From the human T2T-CHM13v2.0 reference genome, Homo sapiens: 64,000 nt of DNA. The stretch lies in NCBI RefSeq assembly GCF_009914755.1, contig NC_060928.1; one strand, written 5' to 3'. The notes below the pieces were generated by a model. The model had not been told where the DNA came from. It ran no database searches and was given only the letters and a program-made list of their open reading frames with translations. How positions within the stretch are numbered: the stretch's first letter is position 1; each line of letters begins with the position of its first letter. This document shows positions 25,467-38,493 of this stretch, piece by piece. The position numbers and the translations under genes were made by a program.

Positions 25467-27769
25467 ATATGTGTTGATAAACCACACCTGACTGGTGTGT
25501 GATGGTGTAAACAGATGGAGACAAGGGAAGACAAAGAAATGTCATCTAGCCACTTAAATTTTTTTCAAATAAAAATAAGTTGGTAAGCATGCAATGACAA
25601 GAATGGTTAAACCTACCCACTTTGAGAAAATAGAAATAAAAATAATTATATAAAACAAAGCTTTTTAAGGAACAAAAAACAAACAGAAAAGCAAACAATA
25701 TTCTTTCTCATTTTGATATATAAACATTTTATTTCAGAATAAACAATGTAATGCTATATAACTTAAACTCTACTAAGCTATGGGATTATTAAAGAAAATA
25801 ATGCTCTATTACCCAATTTGCATATTAATTGGACATATTTATTTTATTATGTCTAATCAACAGCTTAACATCCGTCTATATTCAGTTTTGCCACTACATT
25901 TAAAATCTGAAATCTCTTTATAAAGTAGTTATTGCATAGGTATTTTATGCAGTGTATACAATGAAATCCTCTGATCTTGCAGCAATGTATTTGATTCTTG
26001 CTATTTCAGTTGGTCTTTCTCTTTAAATGTTTTCTAAAAATAAATTAATCTGCAAAAAATTCATTCTTTGATCTAAATCCCTAGCCTAACCTGTATACAT
26101 CTATAGTCAAGGTCATCTCCACCTCAGCAACAAATCTATTTATATTTTCATCCTCACTTATAAATTTTTAAAATAATATTGACATCCTTGAAAATGTTCT
26201 ATTTCTTATATAGGATAACTCCTTGATATTTTGCCACCTTTATTACACAGTTCAAATATTGTAAGTCAAATGAAGTTTAAGGTACATAAAAGTAAATCTG
26301 AGACTGCAGTTTTATTTTTTTCCAAAGTTTCAGGCATATGAACCTGTTTATAGCATTAAGGGTAAGAAGTATTAGACTCCTACATACTTGCATAACATAA
26401 ATGAAAGGAATTATGCAGGAGATTGTTGGAAAAGGATTATTGGTAAAAGTAGGTGAAACTGTGTGCCTCTGTACTTGTTTCAATACTGTGCCCTCTCAAC
26501 TGCCTGAATGACAGATAACCCTGGCTGGGCACTGTGCTTCCTGAAGCCATTGAGTGATTCAGAGTTCCCCTTTTTTAAACTTTAGTGAAGCAACAAGTAA
26601 AATGATTGCTTTATGGATTTTTTTTCACCTGCACAAAAAAAGCCTATTCCAAAAAAATTAGTGCACATAACTCTGGTTTAGCTTTATCAGCGGTTTTTAC
26701 ACAGTTAATTAGTTATCAGGCTGTAAACTTTTAAAACAGTGTTATTTACTAGAGCTGCCATTAAACACAGTATCTGGGAATAGTTTACAGCATTGTATTT
26801 TTATCTCTTTAGAAGATAATTCCAGAACTTCTGTTACCAAAAGTAAATCTAGTATTGCACGAGCCAGAAACAAGTTTCTGAAAGGTAGAAGGGAAAGCAA
26901 AACAAACAAATGAAAAACTAGTTTTAATTACATGCAGAAAATGGACAGAGCACAACTTGGCATCTTAATGATTAATTCAGATCCCCACATACTTGCTTTA
27001 GCTGTGATAATTGGTAACATATTCAATATGGTTGGATGGTCTGATCAGTACTGCTAGTAAGAAGCTACTCAGGGAGGTCCTGTCAAGTAATTCATCAAAG
27101 GTACTTGGAGTTAGCATCTTTAATATTATCTCATTATCCACATGCTATGTGTATCAAATAAATAATACACATTTAATAGATAATCCTATAAATTACATAC
27201 TGCATTCAATAAACATTTGATAAAGCATGTTTTTGTATCAATTAAAGCCTAACAGATCATTATAATTCTAGACATTAACACTATTTGTGTTTGATGTTAT
27301 AATTATGTAAATTTTTATCAATTAATAATAAAATGGATTCTATTTGGAATTAGTATTTCACTATTGTATTTTCCCTTCATTCATGTATTGAAAACTTACA
27401 GTCACTACTTACTAAAAGTAGTAACTGTTCCCAGTGCTTCATATACATCATTTGGTAAAGATTTGTTTAGTTATCCAAAATGGAAAAACACATTTAAAAT
27501 GGCTTAAACATCATAAAACACAAAAAGAATTTCAAGGGAGTTATTCCAGGGTTGGTGTCCATTTTGTCTTCTCTGAACATGGACTATCTGTCATGGCCTT
27601 AGGAAGTCTCCCCTCCTCCAGGTATCATATCAATATCATATCATGTCATACCAAGTCAACAAACATTGCTTGGCACATTACTACTTCCAACAAAATTGCA
27701 AAACTTCTAAAAGAGAGAAAAGAACAAATAAACATATGGTAGCCAAATAGCAATATCTGACACACATGT

Positions 27770-27875
27770 ATTGACTTACTTAATCTTCAGGTCAACCCAG
27801 TAAATTAGGTATTCTTATTTTACAGAGGAGTTAACGGAAGCATATAGAGATCAAGTAACATAAAGTCAGAGAGAT
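27770..27875 (-). mobile_element. MIR SINE fragment
   Basis: ttaatcttcag...attttacagaggag...gagatcaagtaac. Confidence 0.6.
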
Positions 27876-28294
27876 TATTACCATTTTTCTTTCACCAATT
27901 TCCTTGTATTTTCTCCTTTGTATATACATCTTTGGCTGCTTTTCATTTTATTTGATTGCCTTCTGACAAGCTTTTCTTCAAAGTTATAGGAAAGGTCTTA
28001 ACATAACACCTATCCCTCCATCCATTCATTCATCCATTCATTTATGGTGAATATTATGTGTGTGAATGTCAATCAAGGCATTAAAAAATCAGCTAGGTAG
28101 GAGGAATAAGTTTAAGATATCTATTGTACAGCGTAGTGACTGCAATTAATATAATAGTCTTATGGTAGATCTGCAAATGGGACTTTTGAAATACCTCATT
28201 CCAAGTTAATATGTAGAGAAGAAATAAGCTGCAAAGTCTCGAATAAGCTTTTGTAAATAAAAGTATTAAAATAACCATGAAACAATAAATTATT

Positions 28295-28831
28295 TTATAT
28301 TAGTCATCAGGAAAATAACTATATTCTTCATCAAATGTTGGTACACGCATACCAGAATGGTTACAATGAAAAAAGATATAAAGCATTATAGTCATCAGGA
28401 AAATACTAAATTCATCATCAAATATTTGTACACACATACCAGAATGGTTATACAATGATAAAAATAAATAATATAAAGCATTAGCATGTATATATTATAG
28501 AATAACAGGACTCTAATGCATACCTGATGAGAAAACCAGTAGCATCTATAAAAGCTAAATATAGCAAACTAAGACTCGGCCATTACAGTCATAGATATCT
28601 AACCAATAGAAATTTGTATATATGTCTACCAAAAGCCCTGAGTATTTATAAGAACATTATACATGAAAGCCTCAAAATGAAAGCAATGCCAGCAGTTGAA
28701 AGGATCAATAACAATGATACATATATATGATGTGGAACACTATGGAATTTTGGATAATTATTAGTGCTATGATACACAACATCCATGATTTCATGAATGA
28801 ACATAGAGTGAAACATGTAACACATGGAGTA
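28295..28831 (+). mobile_element. Old L1 (L1ME-like) 3' fragment with an internal ~90-bp tandem duplication
   Basis: attagtcatcaggaaaat..accagaatggt..acaggactct..gaacattatacat..catgtaacacatgga matches the old L1 3' end. Confidence 0.6.
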
Positions 28832-29286
28832 ATGCCCTGCCCAGTGTGGAGGACTCTAGAGAACCAGTCTGGCCACAGTGGCTTTGCTGCGCCCAGCCCA
28901 GACCTCCAAGCCTCCTTAGGACTGTCAAGCGAAAACTGCCTACTCAAGCCTCAGTAATGGCGGACGCAGTGCTGGCAGTGAGAATTTCAAGCCAGTGGTT
29001 CTTAGCTTGCTGGGCTCCGTGGGAGTGGGACCCAGTCAGCGAGACCACTTGGCTCCCTGGCTTCAGCCCCCTTTCCAGGGGAGTGAATGGTTCTGTCTCA
29101 TTGGGGTTCCAGGCACCACTGGGGTACGAAAAAAATCCTCCTGCAGCTAGCTTGATGTCTGCCCAAACATCTGCCCAGTTTTATGCTTGAAACCCAAGGC
29201 CCTGGTGGTGTAGGCACATAAGGGAATCTCCCAATCTATAGATTGCAAAAACCGTGGAAAAAGCTTAGTAACCCAGCCAGGTAGCA
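28832..29286 (-). mobile_element. L1PA7/8-like 5' UTR segment, inverted
   Basis: gcctactcaagcctcagtaatggcggacgc, gtgctggcagtgagaatttcaagccagtgg and gggctccgtgggagtgggaccc are the antisense strand of the L1PA 5' UTR. Confidence 0.9.
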
Positions 29287-30401
29287 TAACACGAGAACTT
29301 GGTGAAACATACACAAGTATCAATAGCTGAATCTATCAAGAGGAAGAAAGGATATCAGAGATTGAAGATCAACTTACTGAAATAATGCATGAAGACAAGA
29401 TTAGAGAGAAAAGAATGAAAATGAATGAACAAAGTCTCCAAGAAATATAGGACTATGTGAAAAGACCAAACCTATGATTGACTGGTGTACCTGAAAGTGA
29501 CGGGGAGAAGGGAACCAAGTTGGAAAACACACTTCAGGATATTATCCAGGAAAACTTCCCCAACCTAGCAAGACAAGCCAACATTCAAATTCAGGAAATA
29601 CAGAGAACACCACAAAGATACTCCTTGAGAAGAGCAACCCCATGACACCTAATTGTCAGATTCTCCAAGGTTGAAACAAAGGAAAAAATGTTAAGGGGAG
29701 CCAGAGAGAAAGGTCAGGTTACCTACAAAAGGAAGCCCATCAGATTAACAGCAGATCTCTCGGCAGAAATCCTACAAGCCAGAAGAGAGTGGTGGCCAAT
29801 ATTCAACATTCTTAAAGAAAAGAATTTTCAACCCAGAATTTCATGTCCAGCCAAACTAAGCTTCATAAGCGAAGGAGAAATAAAATCCTTTACAGACAAG
29901 CAAATACTGAGGGATTTTGTCACCAGCAGGCCTGACTTACAAGAGCTCCTGAAGGAAGCAGCACTAAATATGGAAATCAGGAGCTCCTGAAGGAAGGAGC
30001 ACTAAATATGGAAAGGAAAAAATGGTACCAGCCACTGTAAAAAGGCACCAAAATATAAAGACCAACAACTCTATGAAGAAACCACATCAACTAATATGCA
30101 AAATAACCAGCTAGCATCATGATGACAGGATCAAATTCACACATAACCATATTTACCTTAAATGTAAATGGGCCAAATGCCCCAGTTAAAAGACACAGAC
30201 TGGCAATTGGATAAAGAGTTAAGACCCATAGGTGTGCTGTATTTAGGAAACCCATCTCATGTGTAAATACACACACTGGCTTAAAATAAAGGGATGGAGG
30301 AATGTTTACCAAGCAAACGGAACGAAAAAAAGCAGGGGTTGCAATCCTAGTCGCTGATAAAACAGACTTTAAACTAACAAAGATTAAAAAAAAGACAAAG
30401 A
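29287..30401 (+). mobile_element. L1PA7/8-like ORF1 (5'-deleted, disrupted) plus start of ORF2 endonuclease; no 3' end
   Basis: ORF 29688..29990 REKGQVTYKRKPIRLTADLSAE..KNFQPRIS.PAKLSFISEGEIKSF is ORF1p. ORF2 ATG at 30122 reads MTGSNSHITIFTLNVNG. Homology stops at ..KTDFK.TKIKKKD. Confidence 0.95.
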
Positions 30402-33082
30402 TGTGCTTCAGATTTATAACCATATTTTAAAATAAAACAAGCACATACATTCTCCCACAGAAGTCTTGTTTGGTTAAGTACCTTGAACAAATTTCTTCAT
30501 GTGCAATTTTTGTAAGAGATAATTAAATACATATATCTAATTTGTTAATATCTAATACATGGTAAAATGTATTTGTCTTCTTCATTCTTATCTTGGCTCT
30601 CAGGGCTTTTCTCAAACTTCCTATTAATCCTTTTTCCAATATTATTTATCACCTTTCTTTGAATCACAGGTATTTTGTTCCAATTTTTTTTCTCCAGTTT
30701 CTACTGATAGTCACTTCATTATCTGAAATTCTTTTACTCTCATCTCTACAAATATAAATTTTCCGATTAATGTATGGGATATATATCCCCTTCTAAGTTG
30801 TAGTTAAATCATCTCTTTTATCAAATCAAAATATCCGTTAAGTGGATCACTTACTAGATCCTTTTATATATCCTTTCTAACACTGAGAACTGTGAATTAA
30901 ACATAGTGTGTGAATTAATGAATGTATATGTGTGTTTCACACACACAAGTTAAGTCACACTCACTTAAAATAAGCCAAAGAAAAGAACCACAGGGTTGAA
31001 TCAAAATATGCCTTATTTCTATTTGAGTTGAAAACATATATTTATTTTCCCTCTGTAAATCAATATGCTTATAATCTCAATGACTGACTTTTGTCAAAGT
31101 ATTCATTGATTCCTTTATTTTAATCATTGCTAAAAAAAATGAATCCTAAGAAAACTGACATATTATTTTTTAGATACTAAGAAGTAAAATAGTATGCTGG
31201 ATTCTCTCCTTGGTAAATTACTAAAATTTAACTTAAATATAAATATGGCTGGTCACTTTGATATTTGTATTAGTACTTATTCATTTGTGAATGAATAATT
31301 TCTGATCTACTTGATTAGAACACATCCCAAATCTTTCTCTACATCTACAGAACACCTACCTAACCCAGGTTGATCAATGTCAAAAGAAATTTAATAGGAA
31401 GAAACAACATGACTAATGTCTTTCCACATAGGAAACCTATCAGTGTAAAATGGCATTTAAAAAATTTCATCCAGACTATACACATCTCTAAATGTGTTCC
31501 TCATTTTGCATGCAATGTAAAATCTTATTAACTGCTTATCTAGATTTTCTTAGCATATGCCTGTCTTGGCAATTAACATGGAGCATTTACTCTTTGAAAC
31601 AATACCAAATGGTAAGAATAGATATATTAGTCTTGATGTTTATCTAAGCAATATGCATTATGGCAAGAAAATAGTTCCATAAAAGAATAACTCTACTGAA
31701 AACATTTTAACAAGATACCTTATGTGGTACTTAATTACACTGAAGAGAAATGTAAGTATCATGTTTCATAACATTTTTTTCATAAATACATAAATACATA
31801 AAAATACATCTTTGGGTAATATTTTCAGAATCTTTCTATGCAATACTGTGTTTCTCTAGGTTGGCTAGTATTATTGATATGTTACATGTGTTTGTTTTAC
31901 TTTCCTTCTTCCTTCTATATTGATTCTTCCTCAATTGAAAATTCCTAAGAAAATAAGCATATGTAGAGTATGCAGTGATATATCCTTTGAAGCAAAGGTA
32001 GTGACTTGCCAAAAATAAAAATAAAAATAACTACATCTACTTAGGATGCTTTTTCTCACTTTTTTGTCTTATATTCCCCCAGGTTCTTACCCTCACATCT
32101 TTCCTAACCCCATCCACCATCACCACATCACCCTCCATAGGATATTTTCCCTTACTAGATTGTCAAGATCTGAAAATCAGCTGTATGAACCCAAGTACAT
32201 AGCGAATATTCTTAAGATTTATTTTCACATTTGCATGCCCTCCAAAAAATGAGATCCACTCAATTCTGAGTTTTTAGCAGATGTTTATTGAAGACATATG
32301 TGTAACCATATGGCTTTTGGAAAAAAAAAATTGCTAGTAGTGCACTTAATAAAATCTCTCACTGATTATAGTCTTCTGCAAAATAAACTTCCTCTTAATT
32401 ACATGCTTAAATTTACTTTCTAAATAAAATCTCTGCCATTTTTTCATTCGTATAAAATGTGCTATATGCCAAATAGTTTGAAAAGTTAATGCCTGCTTTG
32501 GTTTACATAAAGCAAGCAAATGTCTGTCTTTTAAAGGTCTGAAATGCAAAAGACCATGGCTTGAAGAAAAGCCATTGACAAAACAAAAAAACAAACAAAC
32601 ACACAAAAGAACGTAATTATGATGTTCAAATCTAATATCTTTGGAAATAAATTCTGTTCTGCACATATTAAGACTTATTGGAGACTTCAAATACAATGAA
32701 ATGTGTGAGATGTTAAAGTACAATTAAGCTATAAGATTTAATCCATAATGTGCTTAGATTTATGTTGCTTAAAGTATTTTCTTTAAGCCACTTTTTTCTG
32801 TCTTGTCCTTTATGCAGATTTTATTAGATAAAGGATGTTATGTCAAGAGAACTCCTAAGATCTTGTTTGCATCTGTGAAATTCTGAACAATTGATAAGAT
32901 AATATTTCCAGAAGACATCAATGACAATTTAGTAAGTATTAAAATAGAATTTTATTTTAAAAATGCTTGAAATAAATGTTACTGTTATTTTGCAAGGGAA
33001 TTTTACTTGCTTCTTGGAACCAAAAAGAAGTTGTGTCATGCAGCCATCACTGATATGATAGCTGTCTTGCCTTTAAAAATTA

Positions 33083-33408
<326 letters not shown>

Positions 33409-33788
33409 TTAACATTTAAATTACTATTTAATTAGCTGATAATGTGGACAATACTGAAGATAATAAAGATATTTTGTTTAATTAGAATATTTGTTGTCAC
33501 AAGAATAGAGAAAATGAGATGTAAATGAGATAGAAATTAGATAAATAAAAAAACAAGACAGAAAAAAATGTTTCTAATAAAGACCCATGACATCGATAAT
33601 ACTAGATATTTGTTTGGAATACAAATGGTAAACTTCCTTTATCGTGTGTTTCACAAACTTGACAAAAAAATTAATACAGACATTTTTCTTCCAGAAGGCT
33701 TCATTTCTGGTTGCCTTTTTTCCCAATTGAAAATAGAAGTTTGTTTATTTCTAAGATTATTTAAGGCATAAAACTATTACATACTTTA

Positions 33789-34088
<300 letters not shown>

Positions 34089-34107
34089 AAACTATTACAT
34101 ACTTCAT

Positions 34108-34180
34108 TGTGTATGATGTGATATTTTGAGATATATATATATAGTGAAATGATTAAATCAAGGTAATTAACATACTCCAC
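34108..34180 (-). mobile_element. L1MA 3' end fragment
   Basis: tgatgtgatattttgagatat..gtgaaatgattaaatcaag.taattaacata. Confidence 0.65.
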
Positions 34181-34839
34181 ATAAATTCTGGAATGATAAA
34201 TGTAATCCCAAATAAACATAATTTTAAATAATATGTGAGTGTTGGTTTTGGTTATTGATATTATGTCAATAGAAAATGTATTATTTAATGTTTCTCTTAA
34301 TTCTACTTATTGTCAATTCATTATAAATGTCTCATAGTGCGCTATAGCATTGTTGTTGTTTTTTTAACCTGACTATATTTGAATCTTTGGGTCAGTCCAC
34401 AGATTAAAGTCATGATTGTGTCACCATTGAAATTTCCTTTTATTTCCTACATTTTCCGTTCTCTCTTTATTTTTTTTTCTCTATCTCTGTTTGTGGCAAC
34501 AGCCTTTACACAGTACCAGCCAGGAAATCACATTTATCTTTGACTCATCTAATCCATCATAAAGTTCTACAATTTTTAGTTCCTATATATTTATCAAAAT
34601 TATCTAATATTGTCAATCATAATGTTATTGTTTTAGTTAATTTTTTGCATAAATTATTACTATAGACATAATAAATCCTTGATATTGATCTGAATGTTTT
34701 TAAGAGGAAAAAGTTAATATTCAAGTGGAATGTGTTGAATTAAAATTATTAAAAATTAAGAAGGTAAATAAAATGACATTTCTTTCCCATTTTATATTTC
34801 ATTTTTTTTCATGTTCCAGAATGAAAAATAATATAGGCA

Positions 34840-35297
34840 AATATCTTAGGTATCCTGGGCTGTGGTAACAAAATCCAATCCATTTGGGTGGCTTAAGCAA
34901 CAGAAATTGATTTACTCAGTTCATAGTTTTGGATGCTGAGACTGAGTCCAAGATCAAGGTGCCAACAGACTTAATTTCTGATGTAGGCTCTCTTCTTGGC
35001 TTGCAGAAAGATGGCTTCTTCTAGCTGTGTCCTCAGATAGGAGAGAGAGAGACAGACAGAGAGGCGGGGACAGAGAAACAGAGACAGACAGAATGTGGAG
35101 AGTGAGAGAAAGAAGAGAGAGAGAGAGCAGGAGCTCTAGTGTCTCTTATTATAGGGATATCAATCCCATTATGACCCTCATGACCTCACCTAACACTAAT
35201 TACTTCCAAAGGGCCTCATCTCTAAACGCCATTACATTGGGAGTTAGGGATTAAAGATATGAATTTTATGGGGTCACAAACACCCAGCCCATTTAAG
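34840..35297 (-). mobile_element. MLT1A0-like MaLR solo LTR with internal (GA)n
   Basis: ggtggcttaagcaacagaaatt..gtccaagatcaaggtgcc..tctcttcttggcttgcag..ctcatgacctcacctaa..taattacttccaaag. Confidence 0.85.
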
Positions 35298-35542
35298 TAA
35301 GGCTACATAGAACAAAATTAATAAACTGAAAAAAATACAATCTTCCAACTTTGAAAATTTAGATACTTAAGGCATGTGACTTTTTAAAATCTTATAAAGA
35401 AATACTCAAAAAGAAAATAATAAAAAGCCTTGACTTCCCAGTCAAATTATATTCACAAAAAATCATGCAATACGGTGTAACACATTAAAAGGTAATAGTA
35501 CTTTTGATTTGAGCTGTCATCTTCAGAGTAGAGCTAACTTTT

Positions 35543-35738
35543 ATTTATGTATGTATTTTTGCTAGCTTTATTAAGGTATATTTCACAAACAAAAATTGTA
35601 TATATTTATAGTGTATGATGTGATATTTGGATATATGTATATATTGGGAGATGATTAAATCAAGCTAATTAACATATCCATCACATCGCATAATTACAAC
35701 TTTCTGTGGTAACATTTAAGATCTTATCCCTTAAGGAT
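35543..35738 (-). mobile_element. 5'-truncated L1MA9-like 3' end
   Basis: agctttattaaggtata..aaaaattgtatatattta..gattaaatcaagctaattaacatatccatcac. Apparent TSD tagagctaa(c/t)ttt. Confidence 0.8.
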
Positions 35739-36476
35739 TAGAGCTAATTTTCAATTTATTTTAACTAAGATAAATAGTCTAATAAAGTCCCAAGGGCCAT
35801 GACTACAATAACATGGATATATTATGCTTTTACATCTTATTCTCATAAATATGCTTTAAATTCATTTCTTCAATTAATTCTCCATTTGACACTTGGAGGT
35901 TACTTTTTAAAAATCTTTGAATAAATTATTTCAAAGCCACTTATTTCTTGTAATTTTTTTGTGACCCAACTTCAAAGATAGGAAAAAAATGATGAAACAA
36001 GAAAACACACAGGCAGATATTCTATCAAACTCCAGACAAAAAGACCTCGGGTTCATTTATTCATCTAGGAGAAATCCTGGATTTCTGTCTTACTCAATTC
36101 CATTTAAGTCCTATTTATCACAGCTGAATGTCTGGTGATTCAATACTGGTGATAATGAACAGTGGACATGGCAATGTTTGTAGAGAAGAGCTCATTTTTG
36201 ATAATGTGAGTAATGAGGTAACTTTAAGACATCCAGTTAGAAGTATGAATTAAGTAGTTAGTGAAAAGTATCTGGAGAGTCTAAATTCATTCTATGGCTC
36301 CAAATCGTAATTTGCATGTATATGTGTATGTGTGTAGTTTATTTTAGCATGTATATATATTTAAGTATGTATATAGGTTAAATTTATGTATATATATAGG
36401 TATACATACGTAATATATAGGTATAACATATAAAACTTAAATTAAGTATGTATACTTAATTTAAGTATGTATATAG

Positions 36477-37094
36477 GTTAAATTTAAACAAGGTTGAGAT
36501 TTTATTGGACTACAATCCAGGGAAGCTAAAGGCTGATTGGTAAATTTCCCAAACAGATTTGTTAGAAAGGACTCAGATTACGCTGAGACATGGAGGCACC
36601 TGTGTGTTTATGGGCAAGATTCTACCAGAGAGAATAATGAAATAATATACATTTTAGCATGTATATATTTGACTGGAAGGTTTTTAAGGTAACTTGTAGA
36701 GCTAACTTCAAAAAACTGAATACAGTAACTATAAAAATATACCATTAACAAATATTTCTTATGGAAATTATTCAGTGGTTAACCTGAGTGTAGAAACAAT
36801 TTTGTCTGTAACATGTTGCTGATGTTATGGAGAAAAAAACTTTATTTAGGTTTTAAAATGATATGCCAAATATCTTCATACTTCAATAGCATAGGTGAAT
36901 TTATGTTATGAATGTATTCTTTTCATTGCTGAATTATTCTCTCTGGTAAAGTCTTGCCCATAAACACACAGGTGCCTCCGTGTCTCAGCATAATCTGAGT
37001 CCTTTCTAACAAACCTGTTTGGGAGATTTACCAATCAGCCTTTAGCTTCCCTGGATTGTAGTCCAATAAAATCTCAACCTTGTTTAAATTTAAC
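36477..37094. repeat. Inverted repeat: 162-bp arms (36477-36638 and 36933-37094), 294-bp spacer
   Basis: Manual alignment of arm 1 to the reverse complement of arm 2: 156/162 identical, no indels, all 6 differences transitions. Confidence 0.97.
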
Positions 37095-37499
37095 TTAACT
37101 CAATCTTTTTCCCAAAATGTACTGTAAACTTTGCTTTTTGTTTAGCAAGAGGCTGCATTTCCATGTTGGGTGCTCCTTTACATGAACAAAAATTTTGAAA
37201 TTAATTCATATTTTTTACCTTCAAATTTGAATAAACTGTGATTTCCTTAAACAAGTAGGAAACATTTTATTATGCATCCAAGTGGAAATGTAATTTAGGC
37301 AATTATATATGAATCTAACATATTGGTATAAAATATAAATTTATAAGACATGAAAATACTCTGGTGTTGAAAGCCAATGCAAGACTTGTGTAAAATTTAG
37401 AACTTATGAGGAAGGAGAACTGAGTCTAAAAATTAGATGTGTGAAGAAATGGTTGAGTTTTAAAAAGGTGACAGGAAGGGAGCAAATGGTAACTCACAA

Positions 37500-38360
37500 A
37501 TAAAGGTACAAGAGCATGACAGCCTTTTACTCAGAGAAGAAAACATTTTAAAAAGTGATCTGTTGAGTTTAAGCTGCTAAAATGATTAAGCAGTTTATTT
37601 AATATGGAGACCATTGGTGACTTTGGTGTTGAAAACCAAATTGCTAGAGCAAAGGCGTGTAATCAACTGTTAACAGAAAAGGAAGCAGAGGATATACATA
37701 TAGCTGTGAATAGGTTCATGGTTTTTGTAATGAGATAATTGAACAGTTTTCTTCTGATTGTTTTTGTGTGTGCATGGAAAAAGAAGCAAAGTTATCTGCT
37801 TAGAATGAGTACTGCGGAGAGGGTTTTGGAGATATTGTAGATTTGAGAAGAATAATGAAATTGTGTTATAGTCTATGGCAGGAGGAAAGTGAGTAGACTA
37901 GGGAAGTGCATGAGGTAATGATAAGGGCCCACTTGAGATTTATCATCCTAAATGGAAAGTAATCTACAATTAGCAAGGTGTTATATTTTCCTCCAGCCAC
38001 CTTCATTGCTTGACTGAATCCAAAAAGAAGATGTAGAGCAGATATTGACTGGATTTAGAGGCTTTGTGTTTTTTGTTTTTCCCTGTAAAGTACACGGTGG
38101 AGGGAGCAACAAGTAAGTTGTAATCAGGTTGGTTACAGTTGATTAAATCTAACCATAATGAGGGGAGTGAAAATTGAATTGAAAAATCGAATGGGTTTAT
38201 AAATTTAGGATTAAGAAGTCTAGACTAATTGGGCTAGAATAATAGACTGACATTAGGATAACATTAAGATTGAAACTAATAGTGTAAAGGTGATGTGGTT
38301 ATGGCTACTGATAAAGTCTTGGGCATGACAATAGTAGCAATGGGCAGAGGTGGCTTAGAA
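37500..38360 (-). mobile_element. L2 LINE fragment (a related piece lies at ~36190-36290)
   Basis: atggagaccattggtgacttt and ttcttctgattg...gaagcaaagttatctgcttagaatgag match antisense L2. Confidence 0.6.
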
Positions 38361-38493
38361 AAAAAGATAAATGCAGAGTTACAATTCAGGAACTAAGAGT
38401 TCAGGGTTTGAGGCTGAGTGCTTCTGTATTTGCTTATATGCAATGTTTAAATTTAATTTAGATTTAAATAATCAAATATTTCTTAAAATTTTG

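Noticed and set aside
36477-37094. Inverted repeat as a MITE/foldback transposon or miRNA precursor
   Set aside because: No TSD around the pair, no known TIR recognised, the direct repeat flanks one arm only, and a 294-nt loop is too large for a pre-miRNA.
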